Below, one piece after another: positions 1 through 10,636 of a stretch of 64,000 bases of DNA (within the stretch, counting starts at the first letter, position 1; every line of letters starts with the position of its first letter). The DNA is taken from NCBI GenBank assembly GCA_010093605.1, contig MU004182.1, positions 1,459,032 through 1,523,031 of the forward strand. The letters are read 5' to 3'. The translations under genes were made by a program, and so were the position numbers. The DNA is from Lophium mytilinum (Eukaryota). The notes beneath the pieces are model-generated. The model was given only the letters and a program-made list of their open reading frames with translations. It was not told the DNA's origin and searched no databases.

Positions 1-674
1 CGATAGTGTACACCAGCAGACGCGGCAAAGTCGTCCTGAACGAACCTGAGAAAAAGAGCAGAAAAGAACTCGCACCATGCGTGAGCCGGCCCCGTTTATA
101 AGCGCCAAACCGTTCTCGGAGTTGCTAGAAGAAAGCATAGAACCTAAGAGATAATCCGAGCCTTCCCTAAGTCCAACCAATAGGTAGCATTGGGCCACAA
201 AAGTGAGACAACCTCCTGACCGACCAACGCCTGCACAAACCACTGCCCGAGCCATCATCGGATCACTTCCTTGTGCCCATCCGGCTCCGAGATCATGTAC
301 ATGAGCTTCGGTATGGCTGCCTCCCAAGAAGCCAATCGCTGCGCCAGATCATGACTGCCGGCGGAATCGTCAAGTGAACGAGCTCTTTCCGCATCAGCCG
401 GGCTGTCGCCACTCTCCGAGCATGGTGCATTGCGAGCCCGCCCTGACGTTCTTCGAATGAGTGTGTTTTTGTTGTTTTTCGTTTCGCTTTCTGACTTCCG
501 CAGCTCGTCTGAAGCCGATTCCCTTCGCGAGTTATCTGCGTTGGAGTCCAATTCGTTTAGTTGTAGTCCGTCTCTGAGTCGATGCTGACAAAGGCGTTCT
601 TTGTAAAGTTGATAGCTGCTGGGGATTATTGGAGCTCTTGTCTTTGGCAATTTAATCTATGAGGAGCAGCGGTG

Positions 675-2419
675 TTAGTAGCTCTGGGGGTATTGGTTTG
701 CGGGCTGCAGAGGCCAGAAGTCAGTTACTGGTCTAGATTATGTGGCGATAGATACAGGGAATAAATCAAAGTTGACGGCGGTGGCTCGACTTACCGGGCT
801 ATTTAGCATGCTCTGTCTCTTATTGCGGCTCTTTTTGATGTGGCTCTTCAGCGCACTGGAGTCGAGAGGCTTCAAAAGCTCAAAACTGCAAAGCAGCTCT
901 GCTGATACAGCCATGACGGCTCCCCAGTTGTCGAATTCGCCACAGTACTGTCCAAGTTAGCAAGTGAGAGTATCCGACGGGGAGTAATACGTACATTCGG
1001 TGCAGAAAAGACAGTCACTAAAATGCGATCGTTGAAAAACTCATAGCCGTCCTCGACAACCATGTGCGCTCTGCATACCAGATCAAAGTCATGCCGTTGC
1101 AGGAATTCCATAATGACCTTTTTGCCAAAACAGTAACTAACGCCGCGTTCGTTTGACTCCCAGTCATTCTCCATGTCTGCTGGGTCACTCCAGAGAAGAT
1201 CATTCAGCAACCCGTAATCAGGAACATCGGTTGGGCGCGCGATGTTATTGATGTCATCCATATGTGAAAGACTGGGAGAAAGTCCACCGTGAACACAGAA
1301 AATCTTTTGTGCAACGATGGCGGCAATTGGGAGGCAATTGAACGTGTCGACGAAAGCTTTCCAGACTTTGATATTACATCGTCGCTTGCACTCGTCGTAA
1401 AATCCATACACCCTGGTGACGTTGGCGCATTCGTGGTTGCCTCGCAGCAGGAAGAAGTTCTCTGGGAACTTAAGTTTGTAGCACATTAGCAGCAGGATAG
1501 TCTCCAAGCTCTGCTTCCCGCGATCAACATAGTCGCCAAGGAAAAGGTAATTAGAGTTCGGAGGAAAGCCACACATCTCAAACATGCGGATGAGATCAGT
1601 GTACTGGCCGTGGATATCACCGACTATCTTTACGGGCGCTGCCAATTCTAGCAGAGCTGGCTGGGTCAGAAAGACTTCTCTGGCGGCTGCACAGATGGCA
1701 AAAATCTCGGCGTTCTTTAGGCAGACCGTTTTGGTGACCTTGCCCGTGTATGCAGCATCCAACAACCTCTGGATCATGTCGTCAAGATCGATGGACTTTA
1801 ATGCACTGATTTCCATGGGTGAGCCAGAACCGTCTGCAGCAACTGGAGTTTCAGGCGCCCTAGGTATAGGTCGGTCTCCCTTTTTCAAGATGGAAACCCC
1901 CGGTTGCTGTGTTGACAAAGGCATCGGTACTCCGCTTGGAGGGGCATCCGAGACATGGTCTACTTCACCGGTACGCTGTGCCCGCTCTACCGAATCGTGG
2001 CCGAGGCCGACTGAGGCTGATTGCACGGGAGATGGTGGAGGTTGGGGACTATCGGCGAAGGTAGAACGGGCTGTGGTAATGTCGATTGTGGGCGTTTGGG
2101 CAGACGCAGTGGAATCTCGTCGCGATCGCGATACTCCAGATTTAGCACTGACTGCTGAGCGTGTAGAAGCAGCATCTGACTTGTCAATACCGCCATTGGC
2201 TGCGTCGCCGGCGAGTCCAGATATGGAGTTTCGAGGGCTCTCCGTTTTGCCTGTCCCAGGTATCTTGGACTTGATCGAACTGCGCAGCGATCGGGAAGAT
2301 TCTTTGGTATCGGATCTGTCGAATGAGCGGTAGTTCTCCCTCTCCAGTGCGGGACCGTCGCTGGAGGACTTCGCCCCCTCCCCTTTGTCCTTCTTCGTGC
2401 TGGATGGCTGGTTACCCAT
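675..2419 (-). CDS. PPZ1: PPZ-type Ser/Thr protein phosphatase (PP1-like catalytic domain with long Ser-rich N-terminus)
   Basis: PPP motifs GDIHG, GDYVDRG, LRGNHE and FSAPN|YCGEFDN. Starts MG (myristoylation-type) followed by a ~210-aa low-complexity N-terminus. Introns at 948-994 and 705-794; last exon PANQYPQSY with stop at 675-677. Confidence 0.93.
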
Positions 2420-3959
2420 TTTCCAGGAAGCTGGCGATCAAAATTAGGGGTACGGTGTGTGCTTTGTGTATGCGAGCTAGTATAAGGGAATGTGGCGTTT
2501 GGAAAGCGCAGTCGAGAGTTCCAGATTCGCCGGGGATTGCAGCCTCTGTTCCTTCCGTGTCCTGTTGGTGCTACCCTCAGCTCAGTAATCAGTTGGCAGG
2601 CTGCAGAATCGGTATTGATGGTGACGAGGAGGCGTCGGTTATGGGGGTTTGTAGAGGCGGGAGAGGAAGGAGAGGTAGCGGGCTTCGACGGAGGCTGTAC
2701 TTATCGCCTTTGCGGGGCAGTGGCCACGTCGAGACAGCGGGGAGGTAGGAGGGAGAGAGTCGGCTGGAGGGAGGGGAGAGCGCCGTCTTGGAGCCAGATT
2801 CGATGCTGTTCGTGGGGACGGCCTAGAGCGGAGCGGAGGCGTTCATGAGAGCCTGTGAGGCTGATTGCGGTGATGACGGCAAGCGGGCGGCGGAGCGTCG
2901 GCGCGATACCAAGCAGAGCTATCTCGAGTACTGGCTGCCGGTCAGTGGGCGCTCAGCGTGCTGGGGCAAGTCGGCGTGAAGGTGGGCAAGCGGGCAGAGT
3001 CGCAGGCTTGACCGGTGAGAAGAGTGTCGGAGAGAGTGTCTTTGGGCAACCCGAAGGCTATCGGTGTACGGTTGGGCAGCGGACTGACCGTGGAGCAGGG
3101 CCGTGTTGGCAATGCGGCAGCAGAAGGTGCTGGGAGGGGGAGATGGCGATTTGCAGGCGTGGCAGGGCGACAGCAGAGGTGTTGTCAAAGAGGGGAGCAC
3201 AGAGGGGAGAGGTGTTCAGTAGCACAATCTCTCTTGGCTGGCAGTGAATTTGACAGTGCTCCGCCTTGGCGTTATGAGGGCCTCGACGCCTTTATCAAGC
3301 ATGCGCATGTGAGCCTCTTCTCCCATTTTATCTCCGACCTCACCGGAGCGCGGCCTCTAGACGCGCGGCTTAGGCCAGTCCGTGAGTCATCGAGCTCTGC
3401 AACGGCTTCATCACGCTCTCTGTCTGTCTATAGAGCTGCTCCCAGCCGAAGAGCCCGCGTCCCACAGCATAGGTAGGTAAGCACTGCAGTCGGCCAGTTC
3501 CTTTGTCTCCAGAACCCCCACACTGCTTGCTCGCCTAAATGCACCTCCAGCATCCTTCATCCTCCAATCGCTTTTTGCCAGGCCGTATAGACCAGGCCTG
3601 TGGTTTGTCCAGCGACCCTTGACGTCCCTGCGTTGATCAAGATCTCCAAAAGCCTTTCAGATGCTTGTCTTGATCAGTTATCCGCACCGAGCCCGCGGAG
3701 CATGCCCAGATATCCGTTGGACGGAGATGGCAGACAAGCGAGGCGATGCATCGAGGCCTCACGAAGCTGCACCGTTTTACTGATATCACAACGAGAATGT
3801 GGTTCACGCCAAGGGCTCCAAGACGGACGCCAAGAAGGTCTTCCGACGACGTAGTCATGCGAACAAAGTAGGATTGGCGGGAACTGGTATAGCGGTATCT
3901 GATTTGTTCCTCTCTTCTTCCGTTGCCATCCAGCCCCTTCTTTCCCGTGGAACCCCTCC

Positions 3960-5771
3960 CTATAGCACCGTGCCAAGGTTGACGTGTACCGCTTTCTGTT
4001 CTCATTAGAGCTGCGTCTCCTTGGAGCATCGACACTCGGGAGAAACTCACTTTGTTGGTGTATGCCTCCAACCCAGCCTCTCCGAGTTCCCTGCCAATAC
4101 CGCTCATCTTCACTCCTCCAAAGGGAATACGCATATCCGAGTCGTTGCTCGAGTTGATCCAGACCATGCCAGCCTCAATCTTCCGCGCCACCCGATGCGC
4201 CTTGGTGATATTCTGGGTGAATACAGCACTTCCAAGACCGTAGGTTGTGTCGTTGGCGCGACTAATAGCCTCTTCCTCCTCCTTGAACGAACTGATGACA
4301 ACGAATGGTCCGAAGACCTCCTCGCGGAAGATCTTCATGGTATCTTTGACGTCACTGAAGATAGTCGGGTGGATGAAGAAGCCCTTTCCACCCACGTCCT
4401 TGAACGCTTCTCCCCCTGAGACTAGAGTAGCGCCCTCAGTCTTTCCTGACTCGATGTAGGACAGCACGCGATCGTACTGCGCCTTTGTGACTTGGGGGCC
4501 CTGGAAGGTGTCATCGGCGAAGGGGTCGCCGACTTTGCTGGCTGTAGACACGTATTCCTTGAAGGCAGAGACGAACTTGTCATAAACTCCTTCTTGGACG
4601 AGGATACGGGATGTAGCTGAGCAGACTTGGCCTTGGTTGTACATGATACCGATGTGCGCCCACTTGACCGCCTGTTCTAAGTCACAGTCGTCGAATATCA
4701 GTAGTGGCGACTTGCCGCCAGTCTCGAGGGTGATGTTCTTCAGGTTGACGGCAGCCATCTTCATGATCTCGCGTCCAGTTGCCGTAGACCCGGTGAAGGC
4801 GATCTTGTCAACATCGAGATGCTGGGCAAGAGCTGCTCCCGCCTTACGGCCCTCACCATTGACGATGTTGATCACGCCCGGGGGGAACCCGACCTCCTTG
4901 ATCAGGTTGGCGAGATAGAGAATAGACAGTGGTGTCTGCTCTGCCGGCTTCAAGACTATCGTGTTACCAGTGCAGAGAGCCGGGCCCAGTTTCCAAGCTG
5001 CCATCAAAAGGGGATAGTTCCATCTGCATATCGTTAGAAAGGTTAGAAATACATGGCGCGCGACTTACGGAATGATCTGCCCGCAGACACCAAGCGGCTC
5101 TCGAATCGTGTAGGCCAGCTTCGCGGGTGTTGTGTCGATGACTTGTCCGTGGACCTTGTCTGCAAATCCGGCGTAATACTTGAGCGTCGATACTGTCTCT
5201 GCCAGATCCTCGTTCAAGGCAACACTGTACGGTTTACCTACCTACACTTAGCTGATAGAAATTGGAGTATTCTCGCGGAGTCTTACCATTGTCCCAGGTC
5301 TCGATAGTTGCAAGCGTCTCCTTGTGTTTCTCAATCAGGGTTGCGAATCTGTACATAAGTTCACCGCGTTCTGTGGTAGCCATGTCGCGCCAAGCTGGGT
5401 CCTTGAATGCCTTGCGAGCCGCCGCAACAGCGAGGTCGACATCTTCAGGGCCGGCAGCGTAAACAGATACGATCTCTTTCTCATCTCTGTGCAGCTGTCA
5501 GCGATCTCGTCCGCGACAAAGCTGTTTGAGCCACTGACGTTGGGTTGATGCTTGTGATCTTCTCGCCAGACTTGGACTTCACCCATTCGTTGCCGATGAA
5601 CAAGCCAGTCGGCTGGGTATACTTGACGCCGTTTGGCGCGGTAAGCTCAACGTTTAAATCAGACATGGTGACACGCGTGCTCTGGAATCGTTCTGAACAC
5701 TGCAATAAAATGCCGAGAGGGGTGCGAGAAGCTGAAGAGACCCGAGAGAGTCTTTGTAGTAGCTTCAACAT
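3960..5771 (-). CDS. NAD-dependent aldehyde dehydrogenase (ALDH1/2 family), multi-exon
   Basis: Motifs LKPAEQTP, FTGST, LETGGKSP, NQGQVCSA, EEVFGP and PFGGVKMSGIGRELG. Core starts MSDLNVEL at ATG 5666, with an in-frame upstream ATG at 5771. Last exon AVHVNLGTVL, stop 3960-3962. Confidence 0.95.
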
Positions 5772-6344
5772 GGAGCTCCGGCCCCGCGATACGCGATACG
5801 GCAGTCTTCAAGTTGATATTTGCAATTGTTTCCAATCGCACTTTTCTAGAACGAAACCCCGCATGACGTTGCCGGGTCGAAATGCCTATCGCGGCTTCCC
5901 GCATATGGCATCTCCACTTAACAGATTATGGTTCATGCGGAAGGGAAATTGATATGACATACGCGCTTGACACCTGCAATGCCGAAGGGCATTAAAGGAT
6001 TATTGTAAATCTTGCATAGAAGCAAGTACTTTTAAAATCTTCAGGTTTTCATTGTCTACTTCGATCGGAAAATATGAAATAACTCCGTATAGCTATTCCA
6101 GTTAACAATCCGCGTGCTTTGACTGCTACTGCATTGAGTCTTTTCGCACTAGGTATCACGCAGCCATTTTAAGCCGTTTAATTTTACTGTAGGTAGACCA
6201 CCTCCGACAGCGCGGTCTACAGCTGTTTCTGGACCCTTCGTAGACGCCGCCAACTTGCCCCACTATAATTTATTTCCACAACCCCACGTCTCTCAACATC
6301 AACACCATTCCTCCACCTCCCACCACCCTACTAAACCACGCGCC

Positions 6345-7157
6345 ATGGCTCCCAACGATGCGCGTCACGACATGCTCACGAACCCCCCTCCGCCCGACGC
6401 GTCGATCGACCACTCCGCCGCCCTAGACTACTGGAACTCGATCCCCAACACCGTCGACGGCATGCTCGGCGGCTATCCCCACATCACGAAGGTCGATCTA
6501 CAAGGCTCCGCGAACTTCCTCTCCAAGCTCCGCCGCCAGCACCAATACCAGACCTCACCAAACTCCCCCCCCTTACCCGCAGCCGCCACCCCGCAGCTGC
6601 CCCGCGTCGCCGACTGCGGGGCAGGCATCGGGCGCATAACAAAGGGCTTCCTGGTCAACGTTGGCGTGCAGGTGGACGTGGTGGAGCCGGTGAAGAAGTT
6701 CACAGACGAGCTAGTAGCCGCGCCGATACCCCCGCTGTCTGGGAAAGTGGGCGAGGTGGGCGAGGTGTTCAATCTGGGGCTGCAGGACTGGACGCCGGCG
6801 GCGGGCGCGTACAATCTGATTTGGAATCAGTGGTGTGTTGGCCATCTTACGGATGCGCAGCTGGTGGAGTATCTGCGGCGGTGTAGGGAGGGTCTCGCGG
6901 TGCCGCCTGCGGGTGCGGAGGGGAGCGAGAAGCTGGCGGCGTTTCAAGGAGCGTGGATTGTGGTTAAGGAGAACATGAGCACGCATCCGAAGGGGGAGGA
7001 TGATTATGATGAGCTGGATAATAGTGTGACGAGGACGGATGCGAAGTTTAGGAGCTTGTTTAAGGAGGCGGGACTTAAGTTGGTGGCGACGGAGGTGCAG
7101 AAGGGCTTTCCGAAGGTCTTGTGCCCAGTGAGGATATATGCGCTGAAGGCAGAGTAG
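6345..7157 (+). CDS. TAE1: Alpha-N-terminal protein methyltransferase (NTM1/Tae1 family), intronless
   Basis: GMLGGY, DCGAGIGRIT (SAM motif I), IWNQWCVGHLTD, VKEN, DNSVTRT. First ATG at 6345. Confidence 0.93.
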   Translation: MAPNDARHDMLTNPPPPDASIDHSAALDYWNSIPNTVDGMLGGYPHITKVDLQGSANFLSKLRRQHQYQTSPNSPPLPAAATPQLPRVADCGAGIGRITKGFLVNVGVQVDVVEPVKKFTDELVAAPIPPLSGKVGEVGEVFNLGLQDWTPAAGAYNLIWNQWCVGHLTDAQLVEYLRRCREGLAVPPAGAEGSEKLAAFQGAWIVVKENMSTHPKGEDDYDELDNSVTRTDAKFRSLFKEAGLKLVATEVQKGFPKVLCPVRIYALKAE

Positions 7158-7566
7158 GACCCGGGGAGGGAGCTGGCAAGAAACGTGATAGTAGGTGGTG
7201 CATAAAAGGGTGGCAGTAATCAATGATACCCATTAGTAGCTGGATAAGGGCGCCGCTAGTTAGCAGCGCGGAATAGCATAGCGTGACAGTTTGCCCATTT
7301 GTGCAGACGGGTTGAGTACTAATTGTGGTGTTTCGACATCCTTTAGAATTCTGTATATGATTTATTTCTGCCGAGGTTTTGACCGACCCATTCTTTGGTT
7401 GGACCATTCTAGTCGGAGCTCAGGGTCTAACGTCAGCTGAGTCCTTATGAGTCCTTTACTTTCCATTCTCCAATACTAAGCAAACAGTATGCAGATGTAG
7501 GCCGTTCAGCGATCCCGTGTAAATTACGGTTTTGGGTCTTAGGCGTAGGGGGACTGAGCAGTCGAA

Positions 7567-7650
7567 CTGTTTCGCCATTTGTTCTGCCATTTGTTCTGCC
7601 ATTTGTTCTGCCATTTGTTCTGCCATTCGTTCTGCCATTTGTTTTGCCAT
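7567..7650. repeat. 12-bp tandem repeat (TTGTTCTGCCAT) x7
   Basis: Four perfect and three degenerate units read directly, between the convergent 3' ends of TAE1 and MED8. Confidence 0.95.
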
Positions 7651-7770
7651 TATAGAGTGACTTCCAAGTTTACCAGGTCTCGTGGAAGGGTTTGCTTTTG
7701 TGCCTGCTTACACATCTTGGATTCCCCATCAAAATGTCAACCGACTTCACTTCGGCTACCGATGATTCAA

Positions 7771-8694
7771 TCAGCGCATTCCCGCTGGAGCTTGTTGACG
7801 CTTTAACGCAGCCTGCTGGTCTCTCAGATCCTTTGCTCTGTCGACGACTTTCGGGACGGCTCCCGTGCTCATGTACGTCAACACGGTCCCAAGAGGCAGA
7901 CGTGGTGGCTCATTTTCCTTTGCCGGCGCCGCGTCCTTCATTGGCTCATCCTCTTCGTCTTCATCCTCACCCTCGTCGTCCTCATCCTCATCATCTTCGT
8001 CCTCTGCAGTGAAGACCTGCCGTGCAATGTCGTTTTCTGCTGGCCCGGCCCACTCCCAAAGCTCCGACACATCGTACTCATCTAGCCCGCCCTCCTTCTG
8101 GCCGACAGTAGGTCCTTCTCCAAACTCGCCCATTTCGCAGAACTTGCTAGCGTGACCGAGCCCTTCGCTGATCCAGTCTTCCACGTGGGGTTCGAGCTTC
8201 TTTCGTAGAAGTTGGTGGAGTAGGTTGCTTTGGGACTGTCCCGGGAAAGCGGCGAGTGGGTAAGAGTGCATCCTCTGTAGAGCATCGTGATTTGTTGCTG
8301 TCGATTCGAGGAGGAATGTGATGTTCCTAAGGAGAAGCGCAGATGACTTTTGAAGAGATGGCCTGGGATTTTGGTTAGTCGGATTCTTTGCCATCTTTTA
8401 GATTTGGCGGGAGCCTGAAACGCTTTCAAAGCAATGTTTCCTCTAGCCGGATAGGTTGAGAGCATTGAATGAGTTTGAAGTTGATCAAAGAAACAATGTG
8501 ACAGAAAGACAGGAGAGATCATCATAGAATGCCAAAGGTAGCGCAATAGAAAGCAATTACCAGTTAGGAAGAGGCTCATGGTGCATTAGATCCCCCTCAA
8601 TCACTTCTAGTGATTTGACCATCGCAGCTGCGCGATTGCGGGCTACATCTAGGGCTTTCAGGTCCTCAGTCGTCATCGAGGATGTGGACTGCAT
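7771..8694 (-). CDS. MED8: Mediator subunit Med8
   Basis: Exon 1 MQSTSSMTTEDLKALDVARNR...EPLPNW (8694-8561), intron 8560-8363, exon 2 PSLQKS...YPLAAFPG...LLHQLLRKKLEPHVEDWI, then an acidic tract and VLTYMSTG. All are typical of fungal Med8. Confidence 0.88.
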
Positions 8695-9167
8695 GTTGTA
8701 CAACAGAGACTCAGTTCAGAAGAAAGCTCGTAGACGAAAACCAAATCTCCAGAGGTTTCGAGCGCAGGTCTTGGACTGTTGTTTTACGAAGACGCCGATG
8801 TAGGTGGACTGGAGGTGAGTTTCGTGACCCACTTATAAATGATGACTAAACTATGTTTTAGTTTTGGTACTCAGGGTACTTTACAAAACATGTACTGAGA
8901 GGTTAAACCCGTCAAATGACTTCTCAACGCTATCAAATGCTCATCAGTAGTCTTTGCTAAGATACCCAATAAAACAATCAAACTCACACTCGTTTATCAT
9001 ATCTATTGTTCCATCGACGCATTCCAAGCAATTTATATCGGTCAGTGCCAACGGTGAATGCCGAGAAGGTCCGACCTCCCGCAAACACCATCATTTGTCG
9101 CGAGAACGAGCTAAATCTCACATCAACACCATTTATCGTCTTTCCAGTCTTCCAAATACCCACGATT

Positions 9168-10116
9168 ATGGAATCCGCTCTGGAATCTGTTCGGTCGCTG
9201 CTCCAGCCAATAACTCATAATCTCCCCGCCCCGATCACCTCTGCCGGCCGCAGTCTGCTCGGCCCATTCTGCTACAAGACACTAGTTCTCGATATCGACC
9301 CGCTCACCTCACCGGAATGCCTCAAGCTCGCCATCAGCAAGGGGCTAGGCATCGGAATCATCGGCGCCAGCTCTATCGTCAAGATCCCACAGCTCCTCAA
9401 GCTCATCAACTCGCAGTCCGCCGCGGGGGTCTCCTTCCTCTCTTACCTTCTTGAAACCAGCTCCTACCTGATCAGCTTGAGCTACAATGTGCGACATGGA
9501 TTCCCGTTTAGCACGTACGGCGAGACGGCTTTGATTCTGGTTCAAAATGTGGTTATTGCCTCGCTGGTGCTGAAATACTCCGGACAGAGCGCCGGGGCCG
9601 CAGCGTTCATTGCCGGTCTTGCGGTGGCAGGCGCAGCCTTGTTCCAGGAGAATGTCGTTGATGTGAAGCAGCTGGCTTGGCTACAGGCTGGTGCGGGAGT
9701 GCTGGGTGTTGCGAGCAAGGTCCCGCAGATATATGCGGTCTGGAGTCAGGGCGGAACTGGCCAGTTGAGCGCATTTGCGGTATGTCCATTATGAACACCT
9801 TTTTCATTATGTTATCCCATGGATATGTGCTGATTTTCCCGTTCAGGTCTTCAACTATCTTGCCGGTTCGCTCTCCCGTATCTTCACCACTCTGCAAGAA
9901 GTCCCAGACCCGCTCATCCTGTACGGCTTCATTGCCGGCTTCACACTCAACCTCGTGCTCGCGGCACAGATGATTTGGTATTGGAATAGTAGCGCAAGCA
10001 AGAAGACAAAGTCGTCTAAGCTTGAGCGCCCAATCGTATCGGATAAGAAAAAGGCTATGGGAAGCAGCACAGGCACGAATAAGCCTAAGACGCCGACTAC
10101 TCGTCGAAGGGGATAG
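9168..10116 (+). CDS. MPDU1: Mannose-P-dolichol utilization defect 1 (MPDU1/Lec35) PQ-loop membrane protein
   Basis: CLKLAISKGLGIGII...VKIPQLLKL, GFPFSTYGE, second PQ loop KVPQI...TGQLSAF. Intron 9780-9846. Confidence 0.92.
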
Positions 10117-10636
10117 ATGAATGAATACTTCCCGGGGTTTCTTTTTCAATTGCTATCTGGCTTCCGACCATGTTCAGCTCTGCCTACGACAGGCTGTAGC
10201 TTCGTGTCTATCCAAATAATCTTCTTAAATTATAGCCTTTTATTCGAAATACTCAAGTAGCCTGAAGTGAAGACGACTACGTAAACCCCATATACCATGG
10301 ACGAGACGGCATGGTCACTGCTCAATAGAGATCTTGGCGTAAATTACGACTTGCGTCAGACTCACGATGTAGAATGGCAATTTAAGACCATTCACTGCAG
10401 AGTATCGAGTTTTCTTCACACACCAATCCTAAAAGACCAATAAGGTGTGTGTAATATTCATCGCTTAGTGAAATTTAATACAATATATCCAGCTCGAATT
10501 GCTCTAGTGATGACGACACGAAAATGCCGCGCAGTCACAAGGCAGCCGTCGCTCCTCCGCCGTCGCGTTAAGCTTCTTTAACCTACGAGACATCGACCTT
10601 ACCTCTATCCATGGCCCACAGGCCCAATGAACTACT

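Noticed and set aside
255..650. 131-aa minus-strand ORF
   Set aside because: Non-ATG start, located in the PPZ 3' UTR region, no recognisable domain.
2420..3500. Several overlapping GC-rich ORFs upstream of PPZ
   Set aside because: Low-complexity translations typical of a pyrimidine-rich 5' UTR/promoter; no domain evidence.
7567..7650. CRISPR-like array (also considered for 46985-47110)
   Set aside because: Head-to-tail units with no unique spacers, in a eukaryotic context.
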